64,000 nt of DNA from Tubulanus polymorphus (lineage: Eukaryota > Animalia > Nemertea): NCBI RefSeq assembly GCF_964204645.1, contig NC_134027.1, positions 15,904,485 to 15,968,484 on the forward strand. Reading direction: 5' to 3'. Under the pieces are notes generated by a model. It worked only from the letters and a program-made list of their open reading frames with translations. It did no database searches and was not told the origin of the DNA. Of the stretch, positions 1-15,213 are shown in pieces. Position 1 is the stretch's first letter. The number at the start of each line of letters is the position of its first letter. A program made the position numbers and the translations under genes.

Positions 1-470
1 TGTGTGATTTGAAGAAATGGAAGCTGCATACCTAGGAGTGCCCCCTTTTGGCCAAATTCAAAAAAGGCTCTGTACTTTGTAGGTATTGGTCCATAGAACA
101 TTCATACCAAATTTCGACTTGTTCTGATTAAAAATGTAGAACTAATAGCAATTTGATGAAATAGAAACTCCACCCCCAGGAAGCCCCCTGGTGGACAAAT
201 CCAAAAAATTACCGTTACTTTATAGGCCTAGGTCCATAGAACATTTATACCAAATTTGGAATTGATCCCATTAAAACTGTAGGACAAGTAGCGATTTGAA
301 CAAAATAGAAACTCCACCCCCAGGGGCGCCCCCTGGGAGACAAATTCAAAAAATGGCTCTGTAACTTTATAGGCCTAGGTCCATAGAACATTCATACCAA
401 ATTTGGAATTGATCCAATTAAAACTGTAGGACTAGTAGCGATTTGAAGGAATAGAAACTCCACCCCAGGG
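1..470. repeat. Tandem array of ~145-bp units (about 3 copies), probably the internal repeats of a dispersed element
   Basis: GGTCCATAGAACATT(C/T)ATACCAAATTT recurs at ~88, ~231 and ~378; AATAGAAACTCCACCCC recurs at ~160, ~304 and ~450. Confidence 0.75.
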
Positions 471-3245
471 GGATTAGCCTGATAGCAATAATGTGTTCTT
501 AAGCTCGCTGCTTACCAATTATCAACAGTTACTTGCCAAACACTAACACTATCAATTTAAATCAATTAATTCGATATTTCTAAGATTAACAAGAAAGAAA
601 TTCTAAAAATGGGCTTGCTGACATGGTTGTACTGAAAGCTTGCTTGGTGGTTTTGCATTTCTGTCGTAGAATTAATCGAACTTTGAACTGATTACTTGTT
701 AAAGAGCTAAGAGATCGGTGTTGTCTTACATCGTTACATAAAATGTTACACACGGGGACTGGGAATCAGAATGGTTTTATTGTAGACGCAGACCAAGTTA
801 GTGCAAGCTTTTGGATAGTTGTTATCTGAATATTGCAGTGTCTTTAACAGAATCTAGTATCATGTTGATAATTGCTAGATTACTTATCGGATTGTGTGGA
901 AATGATTTTGCATAGAAAAATTTACAGCTGAAAGAAAAAATGTGACTAACTCGAGTGACTTCAGGTGAAGAAAAGCAAACACGAAAATAGATAAGAGCCA
1001 CGATTTTTCTTTTTAAAATAATAAAGACAATAAGCAAGATTAAGTTACATTTCCTTAAAATGACAATCCACTACGATCATCCGATGAAGTTTATTGCCAC
1101 CATAGGCTACCGCCCTTGGCTCTTTGAAGAGACAGGGAACCAGTCTTCAATTCAATTCATAATTTATTTTACAGAAAAGCGGTTTTTAAGTTTTAGATAT
1201 TCAAACTGAAAAATATAAATTTTCATACTGAGATTTTACAAATGGCTGCTATCGCAAGCACCCAATGAAAATAAAAGAAAATAAAAGAAAATTAAAAGAA
1301 TTTTTTAAAAAGGTGAAAGTAAATTTTTCATTATGAAATTTTGTGTCAATAAAGAATGAATTGAATTGCCAGCAGCACTATGCCACGCATGAATACCAAG
1401 GTTGGTATGTGCTGCTGAAATAACAAAAAACGATTAAACAAAATCATAAAACCATGAAAACGACAACCGTTATAGCCAATATACGAAAGGAACCTAGATT
1501 TTGTTACTGCATTAAATCTGTGTAAATATCAGAGCCCAAGAAAGGTTCTATCTAAAGTTATCGACTCCCCAAGCAAGTTATCAATCCGTGTGATAGCAAT
1601 ATGGGCTTGCAAGCATGCAAGCCCATGAAAATATGCTATTTCATGTAGGCCTACTCACTATTGCTGGCTTTTTTTGCTGTATCATTTGCTTTTTGAGATT
1701 GCCTTTTTCTGCTATTTTGTTTGTCTGCAACTGGTTTTCCAAATCGTTTTGAAAGCCCTATCAATGATCGTTGATTGTTCATTGTCAGGCATAGGTGTAA
1801 GGATGTACTGTGGCCAAGTGTGTCACTCATGGCAAAATCAGAGTTAAACATAGTTTCTAGTCCTCAATGTTTGTTCAAGTTTGCATTGTAGTATATCGTT
1901 TTTAGCCTAATTGGGACTTTGGTTTCAGACTGATCGCATCTGTTGTATTTGTCAAAGTATTTTGCCAAAACCCAGAGGTTCACCGAGTGCTTAGCATGAC
2001 ATTTTGCCAACAAAAACAACAAGAGCCCTAACGGGGGCACTATGGCCAGCCTGTCAGCTTTCATAAAATGGCAAATGATAATGCATTCTGTAGGTTAAAT
2101 TTGCCACAAAACACTCCGAGCTCAGAGTCAATACCTAATAATTTACACGATACAATCGTCGAATACAAAAGTAACACAGACAGCGACTGGATCTGGCAGG
2201 AACAAATACCTCAGATATATCTTTTCCCTTGGTCTTATTGATTTTAATGCGGAATAGAATTGAATTTTCTGAAATTTGGTCAATAAAACAAAATTGAATT
2301 GCGGAATAAAATTTGATTAAATTTGTAGTTTGAGCACATGGCTAATTAGCATATCAAGGTCATCTATCCGGTTTAAGAATAACTCTTTTTCCCGGACTTT
2401 GCACAGTGGCCAATGATGTTTTCTGTAGTGCTAATAAAAATATTCCTCCCAAAAACCAAATCAACTAAAGCTTTCACAGAAATCGATCTTGAAATGACAA
2501 TTTTAGATCTTAAAATAAAACCCGGAAGTAAAACCGTAGACGATACCGCGGGTTCACGTGAACACCTTCTGCGGCTAAGCTAATCATAGAGGAGTCTTTG
2601 CTTTCCGATTGGCTTTTCAAAACCAATGTTTGAACCAATGCGATCAGATATTCGCGAAAAAGCTCATATAAATTTTAACGAGGCCCTCTTTCAAAATTCA
2701 GCCACGTAGAGTTTGGAGAATGGATAACGCTTTAATGAATAATTTGTATGAATATAATGTCAGTTGCACAGTAAAAGAGCCTTTGCTCTCGAAACCATGT
2801 CATTTAAATTCGCTCCATTCGTATAGTAATAGGCTCAGCCTACGGCTGGCCTAAAAAGTGAATCTTATTGTAACACGGGTCACCATATAAAATAGTATGA
2901 CACGTACAATTATATTGTTTCTGAAAGATATTTTATTTTGATTGATTTTAATGAATTTCTGGCGTATAGACTTCAGTTGTTGGGTGGTGACATGTCAGAT
3001 ACCTGACTCAACAGTTTGGAAAAATGGTGGAAATCTGACTGAGAAAATTTTTGGCCTTGGTGATAGTCTGTCGAATTTCGAGCGGCAACATCAGGAAAGA
3101 GTGTCGAATGTGTGAAATTGGGGGGTCAGATTTCACGTTGATAGCTGCATAACAGAAAGTTACTTTCAGAACCATTCTATAAGGGCCAACACAGTTGATT
3201 GTAAGAACGAAATGTGAACTTGATTTGATGTTTTAATGGTCATTA

Positions 3246-3584
3246 GCAGCGATCATACGGAGATGATTTGGCCCGGGCCAAATTGGCACGGATCACGCTC
3301 GGGCCAAATTTGGCCCGTGCCTAATTAAAGAGCACGTTCACACGCAAACCATTCACTCGATACTAAACAATGCTCAAACAAAGCGAAGTGGATCATTTCC
3401 GGTGCCAGTTGCTATTCAAACGCAATCATTTGTCTGGTGCTAAAATTTAGCTCGGGCCTGGTCCGTTTTTGGTCGGGTCAAATTTGGCCCGGGCCAAACA
3501 GGTTTCGGGCCCATTTGGCACCCGTGTGAACAGTTGTTCCAGGCCAAATTTGGCCCGGGCCAAAAATGCTTGTGTGATCGAGGC
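3246..3584. mobile_element. PIF/Harbinger-like MITE
   Basis: Imperfect TIRs (GCAGCGATCATACG / TGTGTGATCGAGGC) flanked by TTA on both sides; internal repeated palindromes TTTGGCCCGGGCCAAA. Confidence 0.5.
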
Positions 3585-3799
3585 TTAGCTTAAGAACACA
3601 TTTTTGCTATTAGGCCACTCAAACTAATTGTCTCTCCAAGTCTCTCTGTGAGTTCACCAAAAAAAGTTTTTCACCTTGTGTATATAGAATTTGTCTAATA
3701 GTCTAGATAAAAAGATCCAGAGCATCACGATGTGTTCAAAACGAAACAATCCATCGAATATACACTACCAGCTTTATAACGGCAGTCGCTAGAATAATT

Positions 3800-4033
3800 G
3801 TGCGCTTTTTCGATCGTAATAGGCGGGATTTTATCATTCGGAAACGTGCGACATTAAAGGATTCAGGGATTATAATACGCGAAGATCTTTGCCCTGAAAT
3901 TGCGAAACTAGTTAATCGCGCGGTTAACTCGAGACTATATAACAAAGTGTGGACAATCAATGGAGAAGTATTCGGTTGCACTGAGAATGGTGAGAAAAAA
4001 AGAATTAACATTTTCAAACCACTGCCGAAGTAA
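3800..4033 (+). pseudogene. LINE ORF1 C-terminal fragment
   Basis: RF..R.RRDFI...LKDSGIIIREDLC...VWTINGEVF resembles the C-terminus of L1-like/L2 ORF1 proteins; lies just upstream of ORF2. Confidence 0.65.
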
Positions 4034-4461
4034 TAGCAGTACCGGTAATTAGCTAATTGTGAATAACTAACTTTTTTCCTTTCTTCATTCGTTTATGCGT
4101 TACACATTGTTAGCAATACAGGTATCTCTAAATGGATCTTACCAATAATTCAAATATTTGGTCAAACTTTCTGAATTACCAAATTATTGATATGTACATA
4201 TCAAATTACCAATCCTAATATAGAGTATCAGTTTGGTTTAAATAATAACCAAAATGATTTTCTGGGTAACCAGACTAAATTATTATGTTTTTGCTAAATG
4301 ATTTCGCTATATATATCATCTATTCTCAACTCATATGAAAAGTTCAATGAAACTCAATACAAGCAATATTACAACTTGTTCTGTAATACATGAATATGAA
4401 TTATATTGGTACCTGGGGATCTTAGCTAAAGTTCTATTTTTGAAAATCTTAGTAAAAAGAA

Positions 4462-7400
4462 ATGTGTTTAGGTAATACAGATCCAGAGAGCCGCATTAAA
4501 AGCATAAGAAACAATCCCAATCTATTATTAGATGTATTCGGCAATCAACCAATAGCCAACAATGACTCTCCTTATGTTGAAATTAATGAACTGGATTATC
4601 CTGATTGTCAATCGAAATTGAACATTCTTCATTTGAATATACACAGCATTCCTAGTAAACTAGAGAAACTTAAAACTTTGATAACAAAATTCGACAATAG
4701 GAAGTCTGCTTTAGACTTAATTTTATTATGTGAAACTTTTATTACTGATATTAACCGTAACCTTTGTGAAATTCCAGGCTATAACTTAATAGAAAAACAC
4801 AGAATTAACTCAATGAAAGGTGGGGTGGCGATTTATGCAAGCAAGCGAGATCAGAAATGTCATAAGCGTATTTAAAGAGGGTAAATTCGAATCCTGTTTT
4901 ATAGAAATAATTTCTAAAACCGGGAAAAACGCTAGAAATATTATTGTTGGAGAACTATATAGAATACCGGGAACTAGCGAATCTGATTTTTTGTTAGATT
5001 ATCAAGGCATACTAGAAAAAATAAATCATGAAAGAAAAGATATAATCATTGGGATGGACCAAAACTTGGACCTCATCAAATCTGAAACCCACAGAAACAC
5101 AGCTAGATTTCTTGATTTGAATCTCTCCTATGAAGTAATACCAACAATACTACGTCCAACTAGAATCACACATAATACAGCCACCCTCATTGATAATATA
5201 TATATAAGCTCAAAACTAACTGACTATTATAGATCATGCATTGTCACAACTGACCTATCAGACCATCTGCCCTGTTATATATCAATCAAAGATAGGAACT
5301 ACAAAATGAAAACAAAGGAAACTAAATTATTTCGAAGATTCAATTGAAGCAACTTAACCAATATTAATAATGAACTCTCTGAAATTGATTGGGCTGTAAT
5401 TGAAAACATGAACAGCGATGATGGGTATAGCTTTTTAATTGAAAAGCTCACTCAATCTTTAGATAGACATGCACCCCCGACTGAAAGGAAAATTGGGCAT
5501 ATAAAGATAGACGAACCATGGATGACACATGGTCTACTAACATCGTCAAAAAAGTGTGATCGTTTATATCGTAAGGTACTTGGTGCTCCAAAAAGTGATC
5601 CAAAATACGTAAGATATCTTAATTATCGAAATCAGTTGAATTATTTAAGAAGAGCAAAGCATAGTTATTATGCGAATAAGATACTTAGTTTTAGAAATAA
5701 CAGTAGAAAGTTATGGGATTTACTAAAGACCACCATAGGCAAACATAATGACAAATCATCTACTATTGAAAATCTAAAAATTGATGGAATAATTGAAAAA
5801 GACCAGAAAAAAATTAGTGACGCACTGTCTTTGTTTTTTAGTAATATAGGAAAAGAGTATGCCACTAAAGTCCCAACTTCTAAGCATTCATTTCAAGAAT
5901 ACCTCAATATCCATAACAATATTAACATTTTCTTTAGACCCACTGACACTAATGAGATCATTTCCATAGTGAAATCATTACCAAATAAAAGTAGTACTGG
6001 TTTCGATAACATTAGCAATTATCTCCTAAAACAAGTAATTTATACTATATGTGATCCGTTATGTACAATATTTAACAATTCATTAAGAGATGGCGTAGTA
6101 CCCAAATTAATGAAAATTGCAGAAGTTATTCCTATCCACAAAGGTGATGATAAATCCCAAGCAACTAACTACAGGCCTATCTCACTTTTACCCGTAATAT
6201 CTAAAATACTAGAAAAAATAGTTCACAACAGGCTATATAACTTTTTTATTACGAACAACTTACTCTACAGCAGCCAATATGGGTACAGAGAAAATCATTC
6301 AACTGCTCAAGCAATACTTGAATTAACCGGAAATATAATTAGTAGCTTCAACAATGGTAATAACACAATTGGAGTCTTCCTTGATCTGTCTAAAGCGTTT
6401 GACTCGCTCGATATCCCAACGTTGATATACAAATTAGGTAAGTATGGAATAAGAGGAATTCCATTGCAATGGTTGAAAAGTTACCTCAGTGAAAGGAGAA
6501 TGTATGTAAAGGTCAACGGAATCAACTCAAATCTAACTAAAGTCGAATACAGAATTCCTCAAGGCTCTATACTTGGACCACTGCTTTTTCTTATATATGT
6601 TAACGATGCCCATCAAGTTTTAAAATCCTGTAAAAGTATATTATTCGCAGACGACACTAGCATATATATTACCGGAAAGAATCTTAACACTATTTTAGAT
6701 CTTCTGAAAGATGACCTATCTACACTGATCGATTGGTTCTATGCTAACAAATTAACAGTCAATTTCAAGAAAACTAATTGCATGATTTTTAGGCCCAGAA
6801 GTAAAAGTTTCCAAACAGATATAGATCTCATATTTGGCACTGAGAAAATAAGATCAGTAAAACAGTGTAAATTTTTAGGAGTACTTATTGATGAAAATCT
6901 ATCTTGTGAACAACAATTCAAACAAATCTGTTCAAAAATCAATAGAAACTTGTATTTATTAAGAAGAATAAAACAATTTATACCTGCTTGGAGTAAGAAA
7001 CTGCTGTATTATGGCTATATACATACACATTTATCTTATGCAGTGACATCGTGGGGCACTCTTCTCTCAAAAAAGCAAATAGACACCATTTTCAAATTGC
7101 AGAAATGGGCAATCAGATATATCCGATAACAGCCGCTATAATGCCCCCACATCACACTTATTTAGAAAATATGATATCCTAAAATTTGAAGACATAATAA
7201 ATTTAGACCTCGCAAAAATTGGCTACAAATACTTCGAAGGAAAATTGCTCACCCCGATAAGAGCATTGTTCCAACATAACCAAGTAAACCACACACATAA
7301 CACAAGATCAAGAAATTATCCACAATCTGCCCGTCACAAAACGAATATGTTCAATAAATCGTTTCTTAACAAAGTTCCAGTCATTTGGCAAACAATCGAT

Positions 7401-7475
7401 AACACAATCAGAAAATCTCCATCAATTCATTCATTCACCAGGCTCTACAAAAAACAGCTCATCAATAGATATTGA
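4462..7475 (+). pseudogene. LINE ORF2 (AP endonuclease + reverse transcriptase), disrupted
   Basis: APE motifs ILHLNIHS, LCETF, GGVAIY, TLIDNIY, SDHLP; RT motifs NYRPISLLP, FLDLSKAFD, PQGSILGPLLF, FADDT; frameshift near 4850, in-frame TGA at 5345, frameshift near 7130. Confidence 0.92.
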
Positions 7476-8146
7476 ATATTCATCTCGTCCCCCTAAAATA
7501 TTCTATCATGGTATGTTTATGTTATATAATAGTTATTGTAGTATAATTACCATTGTATGTTGTATGTTGTTTTGAAAATAGCTTACCATAGATAAACCTT
7601 ATAATATTGACCTTTGTATCTTTGTCATCATCATCCATTTCATAGTCACCGGGGCTCGTCCACTCTGTTCAGAGCTACAGCCTTCAGGCTCTGGACGAAT
7701 CCTTCATAGTTCATAGTTCATTGTGGCATTTTGTAAGATACATTATTATACTAAACTATGTTCTACGAAAATAAAATCAATCAATCAAAATTGGCAGTAG
7801 TTTAGAAGGCAGCCAATTTCTTGGAAACTAAAACTAGGCCACGCGTCTGAGGCACGTTTTCACACGATGCACACTGACTGCAGTACATTTAAATATAACC
7901 ACTGATCACATGAGCTACTATCGTTGATATCATACGAGATATTTCATAGCCGTCGCACGATTCTTACTTATAGTCGGGTGCGAAAGCTTATTTTGAAAGC
8001 CCTGACTCATTACTCGTGACTCGAGGGCGGACCTACGGCAAGTGATGAGGGCACAAGGGCGAGCATGGGACACATCTGAAGGGCACAAGGGCGGCTATTT
8101 TCGGGGGCGGGGCTTTACCCTCCATTTTAGGCTAGATGAAGCACTG

Positions 8147-9266
8147 CTAACAGGAGGAAGCTCGCCCTATATCTCTGTACACAATATCAGTAACGCTGTC
8201 AATCAAACTGTTGGCACAGGGATAATTGATGAGGCTATTGTTAGCCTATTGTTTGGATTTTTGGGTGTGATGTATTCACCTCGCCAGACATGGATGAGCC
8301 AGACTATAGAATAACATCAAAACTCATATATGTACAAATTACAAAATAAAGTATTTCATGGTCCTAGAAGTAATTTTCATCTTTTATAAAGGTAATGGAG
8401 GTAACTTCTCTTTTATATTTTCATCTTTTATAAAGGTAATGGAGGTAACTTCTCTTTTATATTTTTAATCTAATATTTCCATGTTGTGTACATGTATTGC
8501 ATCAAGACAATTTTCGGTCTATTTCTGTTTTAATTTTCCAGATAACTAATATTTGTTTAGTACACTAACAAAACTTTAAATGACATCATGTGAAATTGGA
8601 AAGAACAGCAACTGTGGAATTGGTTGTCCGTGATTGATGTATTCTAAGGATATATTTTTCTTGAATTCTGTTTTCATATTAGTAAATAAACAGTATCCAT
8701 GTAGTTTATAATTAATTTCTGTTAAGAAGAAATAGCAACTATTTACCTATATGATCAGCGTTTCTAGAAAAAAATCGGTCAAAACGATGATCAGCCATAT
8801 TGCAGGTGAGTATATTGTATTTTTGTAAGATTTTGGCAGCATTTTACCCTCATTCCGCATTCATCGGAATGTCATCCCGGCATTCATCAACACTACATCT
8901 ACTCAAAACTGTATATTTTATTCACAGGAACCGTCAAGAACATACAAAATATGCGATTTATAAAATATATTTATTGAAGAACGTACTAAAAATCTCGGGA
9001 GATGCAATGATATCGTAAAAATCTTAATTATCAACCGACTTTCAAAATGTTTTCACCGAGCTGTGGATTTCGTAAGCACAGTCATAATAGTGCCAAATAC
9101 GCATGAGTCATCTTAACACTACCTGTATGGATTGCTTTTAGAATCAACGCGCAGCGCTGCTCTCCAGCGATGTCGAATCCCATACACCCCTGACTGTATG
9201 ATTGACAGCGTTTCTGATCGTACCAGTGTGTAGTACACTGATATAGGGCGAGCTTCCTCCTGTTAG
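8147..9266. mobile_element. Non-autonomous TIR DNA element, superfamily unresolved
   Basis: 27-bp inverted repeat CTAACAGGAGGAAGCTCGCCCTATATC (from 8147) / GATATAGGGCGAGCTTCCTCCTGTTAG (to 9266); no coding capacity. Confidence 0.7.
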
Positions 9267-9958
9267 ATAATTGCTCGTAGATGATACCAACAACCGACGA
9301 AGTCTGTCACTTAAGTGAGAGGGTTTCCTACACTGATTGAATAACCTTTCGGATATGTAACAGATCCCAAATATAAAGCCTACAACTCACCACAATCTTC
9401 AATGATAAAACTATTAGGAAGCTTCAAATCTGGGAATTCACGCTAAAGATGACCTTTTTTATCATAAAAAGCCACAACACATTTCATGTCTCATCAGCCA
9501 ATTCAATCTTGAACTGATGGGCCTTGGTGGGAGTTTTGCAGGCCTGCAGATGTGTCTAGGGTAGATATTAAAATAACTGGATTCCATCTACAGAGGACAT
9601 TCCGTTTGAAGTGCATGACTACGCGACACCTGCTGCACCAATCGAAAAATTTGAATATTCAAAGGTGTCGTGTTACTGCTTAGTTCATATAATATTCTTC
9701 TTAAGGATTAAAAAAATCCTGATTCCGTCTATGGACTAACGAGTGAGACACAAAAAGTGAAAGCAATAGCCCACTGAAACTTATGTCCCAAGTGGGCACA
9801 CAATTACATCATTGAACTTTTTGCAATTGTCTTAAAGAAACTAAGTCTCTATTGCTTGTTTTTTAGGATCAAAGTAAGAAACTTCCCATATGATAACAAC
9901 AATATAGGCACCACTATTGTGAAAAGCCATAAAAGGTAGGCCTATAGGAAATAATCAC

Positions 9959-10171
9959 CTTTTCCAATGTTTTTCCGAGAGCTTGTACTTTCTTTGACGT
10001 AGCACCTTTGGCATTAATTTCAGCCCTTTTCTTTTGAGATTCTGCATACCGCAATTTATTCTCTGATTGAAGGGCTTCTGTGTGATATAAGTGATACGTT
10101 TTCAAGGAACTATGGAGTTCATTTAAGATTTTCATTAGTTCTTCATGGCTGTCAATTCCAATATCCCGGCA
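9959..10171 (-). CDS. SRGAP: srGAP-family RhoGAP, coding exon 4 (F-BAR region)
   Basis: CRDIGIDSHEELMKILNELHSSLKTYHLYHTEALQSENKLRYAE...TLEK matches the srGAP motif LHE.LMKVLNELY..MKTYHMYH.E; acceptor TTTTAG, donor GTGATT; phase 0-0. Confidence 0.9.
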
Positions 10172-12559
10172 CTAAAAAAACAAGAAACGAAATTCTTAGT
10201 ATGGCCTTTCCTAAATTTATATGAATGTATGTTTAATCAGCATCAAAATTAAACATTGGTACTCTAAAGATTTAAGAACAAATGAAAAGGAGTGGTAACG
10301 ACTGCATTGAATTCATATCATGGGAGAAAATTGAATTGTTACAGACAATAAGAGTGAAAATAAGGACAGAAAATATCAAGAAAAAAATGTATTTTCTCAA
10401 ATTATGAATGGAAACGGTCGCATGCATATCTTCGGCATGAAGTTTTGGGCAGAATATCAGAGAATCTGTGCTCCAATTAATCAAAAAAGCCTCTAAGATG
10501 TCCCCCTTGATTGAATCGAGATGTTTTCATGAAAATCTGTCAATTGATACGATCTCGACAACTGCATGATGATTCATCATGAATATACATGGCAGTGGGT
10601 TTTCCCCACTGACTCAAATAGACACTCTCCACGTTCATGGTGTGACGATATCATTTATTTCATTTAAGCACCTGCTTTTTTAACGGAAGAAGAAAATAAT
10701 CAGAAATGTTTGCCTATCGCCAATAATACTAGTAGTTATAACAGTACACCTTTGACAACATCAATAACAACAAAAACAACAACAACCTGGTAGTGTCTTT
10801 CTCGTGTTCATATTCTATCCTTGCTCCCCACTGAATTGTGATTTTCATCTGACTGAAGTTCTAATCTAGATTCTGGAGTTTATATAGCCTTTTTTCCCAA
10901 ATGTACAACAGTTTAAAATCCTCGACCAGAATTACATATCATTAATGGAGAAAATCATATAAAGTTATAAAAAGTAAATGCACAGTTACTTCAATAATTA
11001 CGTCAAATTTAAGAAGATTTCAAATTTATAATACAAATAATTAAATCAAAATACATGTAGAGCCATTATTTGTAAAAATGTTAAAATTGTTATTGAAATG
11101 TATTACCAAGTTTGTTCTCTGGTTTTATTATGATGTGAAATTAACTACATTACAAAGTTAGTAATGATAGACTGGGACACTTTTTCCGGGGACATTTTTT
11201 CCCTGGGAGAAAAAAGCTGAGTCAAAGAACAATTTTGGAAGTGAACTTGGAACTGGCCACATCATTGTTTGGAAAATTTGTCCATTTTTAGCAGTACTAG
11301 TAGAAACTGCTCTATTTGGGTGCTCAGAGATGTAGAGCTGGCCAATTATCTCGAGATCAGTTGCTAAATATGGACTGCAATTTATCAGAAGTTGCATGTG
11401 CAGATTTTCATATTCTAATGCAACTACTAAACCGCCACGATTAATATTTCTCCAGTTATTTTGTGTTGCAAAAATATCAGTTCAAATTAGTGGCATTAAT
11501 TCATTAAGTCTTTGGTTAACATTGAACTGACTGTCCAGTGCCATTTGCTAAGGCTTTTTTAATAGCTTGGTTTATGGGAACCGCCTCCTGAAAATTTGAA
11601 AACATTTTATTTTTATTTCTGTCTGTGGAATTCAGTGAAAAAATGAGCAAAAAAAGATTTTGAACCTCTGCCGAATGAGGATCCTGCCTTGAATGATGAA
11701 AAAATTGAAAAACGCTAGGTTCTTTTTTGATCACAGCGTGCAGAATTCGAACTTCCCAAGAATAATTTGTTTGTACATGTATATTGCCCTATCGACAGTT
11801 CACTCTTCCATCAAAAAGTGATTTTATCTCACTGACGTAAATTTTTCCTTATTTTTATTTCTCCCTCCATAATGATATTTCACTGTCTACCCCATAAACC
11901 AAGCTATTAGAAAAATGGCCTAAGACCATAGTAATTATGAGCTATAAAATACATCCACTTTCTGTTAATATGCATAAATATCGTATAGGGTATTTGTATG
12001 CCGGGTAGCTATAGTAATTCGTAAGTCTAGTATATGCAATTAATTATATTTTATCCAATATGAAGTTAAAAGACTCTTTATATATTGAGGACATGAGCAA
12101 GAATTTATACCTCGCATTTCTGCTCACATGTGTTTTGACATGCATGAACAAAAACATCTGCTCATACTTCTAACCATGAGCAGAAATAATGTGTGCATGA
12201 GCAACTTGCAAAAATGTAAACGAGTGCATGCACAACTTTATGAGCAACTTACAGACTTAGGGCTATTATATACCTGGTTATTTTGAACCAAAGCAAGAAA
12301 GTTTCATATGTGATAACAAAATGGACTTCGCTAAAGCCAAAGTCCATAAAAACAGAATTCTTTTCAAAATCGAATTGTTATTAAAATGGCTGCCTAAGTA
12401 TAGTATAGGTACAGAAATAACATAGAAATACTAAGTTATTGTATTGTTCAACGCCCCCTGGTGGCCATATGCAAAAACCAATGACTTTGAAACTCACCAA
12501 AATCATAGAACACTTCTACAATGCGATCGAAATCGATCTTTTCAGTTCATTGAACAAAC

Positions 12560-14050
12560 TCTTAAAGGTTACATCATATGTTCTCCCCGTTTTGTGGATA
12601 CGATCAAAAAATGTCGAAAGCACTTTGGTCCATTAAGTGTTGTGGAGATCGAACGAGTGGAGAGCTTATGGGTACCTTAGTGTCAAGGGGTTCACTTTAG
12701 TAGTATAATTGAGAAGATGTCAAAACAGGAAAGTATAGTACCAGCTATCGCTAATCAGCTAAGATTGTTTATATCTTCTGATGGGTTTTTGCGTTGCGTT
12801 GGGAGAATTCAGAATGCTAGGTTACCAGAATCAACTACATATCCATCTTCGCTGCCTAAGTACGACAAGTTCACAAGTTCATGAACTGTGTTCATTGTAC
12901 AGTTATGCATCAAGGGTTAATTGACACGATATGCTTTATTCGGCTATTCGAGATATTGGATAACATGCATTAAGAGGAGAATCAAGTCAGTACTAAGACA
13001 ATGCATTGTAGGCTATGCAAGTTAATCAATGGAATGCCTATTAAACTACCTGATCCTGCCCTGCTTTAAGTTGCACCCATTTGCTATATAAGGTGTAGAT
13101 ACTGGTGCTCTACATGTTAAAGGTTTTTCAAAGTTGAAAACTTATGTGTCTTTTCAAGTGCGCAGTTACGCTTGCGATACATCTTTAGCTGGTTTCAGAT
13201 CCAAGTACGGATTCTTTTCAACAAGCATTTTGTAGGTTTCAGCACGTCGTAGTTTGTCTAGAACCCTGATTAGTGACAATGCGTCAAATTTTGTGTGCGC
13301 TTCGGACGAACTTCCATTATTCAAAGATCCTCGAATAAAGGAATCAATGGCTTTACGCCACGTAGAATGGTGTTTCATTCCTAAACGAGCCGCGTAGCAC
13401 GGGGGATTTTGGGAGATTGATCGGTATGGTAAAGTCTTGTATGAAGAAAGTTCTCGGTCCCGCTCTAATTAATTTTGAAGATACGCAAACACTTGTTATC
13501 AAGTGCGAGTCAATTTTAAATGATCGTCCTTTAACACATGTATCTTCAAACATTTTAGATTGTGAACCATTGACATCCGTTACATGGAAGAAGGTTAACT
13601 ACCTTACAGCATCCTATAGTAGAAGAGAATCTGTAAATGATCCAAATTACGGTCAAACCGAGTTAAACCAGTGTATCACTCATCGCGCTCAACTTATTTC
13701 TCAGTTTTGGTCAAGATGGCACCACGAGTATCTCACAGCTTTGAGAGAATGACATCTGACGTCAGGCAAGAATGACGAAATTATCGAGGTCAGTGATGTG
13801 GTTCAAGTTTATGGCGAAAAACGTAGGGTCAGCTGGAAAATAGCAGTTGTTGAACGATTGGAGTGCGGGAATGACAGCAGACTTCGTTAAGCTCATATTC
13901 GAACTGCTAGGGGGCGTATGACACGGCCAATTAACAAATTATTTCCTTTGGAAAATAAAAGTCAAGATTCGGATATAGAAAAGGTTGTCATCCCCTGTGC
14001 TACTGCTATTCGTGTTAACGCTTCTCGGCGTGCAAAAATTAATGCAAAAA
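12560..14050 (+). mobile_element. Degraded BEL/Pao LTR retrotransposon integrase region
   Basis: Remnants of LRCVGRIQNA, ISDNASNF, GGFWE, LNDRPLT, FWSRWHHEYLTALRE; many stops and frameshifts; no LTRs seen. Confidence 0.85.
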
Positions 14051-15213
14051 ATCGTTTATCTCTAATTATCACCTTCACAAAGATGATTATATAACTCTTG
14101 AATCAGTAAATAGACATACACTGTTTTATCCATATCAAAGCTATCCAACAGTATATAACATGAGAAGAATGGGTGCTTAATTTTTTATTCATTCTTAAGT
14201 CAGTCTTTTGAAAATTGCCCGGTTACTGAAGGATCCCCAAAACAGGGATTGATTTAAGCGCTGGCCCGAAACCAGTGGATTTCCTGTCGTGCAAGTACAT
14301 TCTTTATTGCTAGAAGTCCATCGGACCAGTGGATATTTCAGCTACAACTGTATAAGTAATTTGATCTAGGCCTATGTGCAAACATCTGTTTTTCCATGTC
14401 TCAGTACATGTTTTACATTGTGCTTTTCTCAGTCAACTCTCAGCATAAGTCAACCCCAATATAATCGTGTTGCTTCATTTCTTGGAGCTGTGTGTAGAAT
14501 AGGCTACTTGGAATCTCTACCTGATCAGAATAGAAGGCAGATTGCGTTGAGCAACCAGAAGTGTTTTTATGAGGTCGCACTGCTCGCAGACTCGGCTAGA
14601 AGTCGTCTAGTAGTGCCATAAATCATCATTTAGGCAGGCCATTAATGGACAGGAATAAAAAAAACATTCGACATATATATCAATTCAGGTTTTTAGATCC
14701 CAATTGTTTAGGGAAATGCACTATAAATATCAGAAAATCCCCTGGGACGGTGCCGGTTATCAAAACAATCTTGGCAATTATGTAGGAGCGAACTCTCTAT
14801 CAATATGTAGTTTTCCTTCCATTGGCTGTCTCTATAGCCTATCTACATCAACTTGAATTTGAAAAAAAAGACAGCGGTAAAAAAACGAAGGGGCCAGTAA
14901 AATGACCAGAGGGCCAGTTACAAATCAAATCCACTGGTCCTACAGGCCAGTGGAATTTTTTTCCTTATACATAACCCTGCAAAATGTTAAGTGCATGGGA
15001 CTGAAACAGTTAAGCCTATAGGCTTAGACACAATACTGACCCAGGTTCTAAAGTTCGAGAATTCCTGAAACTAATACCCAGAAGTATTACATATACGTAC
15101 ACTTAAAACCCATATAGGCCGATGATCAAAATCAGCAACACAGACACAGGTTGCAACTATTTTTAGACAGAGGAGTCTCACTTAATAATCATCATTTTGT
15201 ACTTTTAACATAC

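Larger units (their letters stand above)
3730..7789 (+). mobile_element. 5'-truncated CR1/L2-group non-LTR retrotransposon (LINE), in an srGAP intron and antisense to it
   Basis: ORF1 tail plus APE-RT ORF2; 3' end is AATAAA followed by an (ATCA)n tail at ~7770-7789. Confidence 0.9.

Noticed and set aside
14243-14979. hAT-like element (CAGGG...CCCTG with repeated CCAGTGG motifs)
   Set aside because: Weak TIR match and no 8-bp TSD
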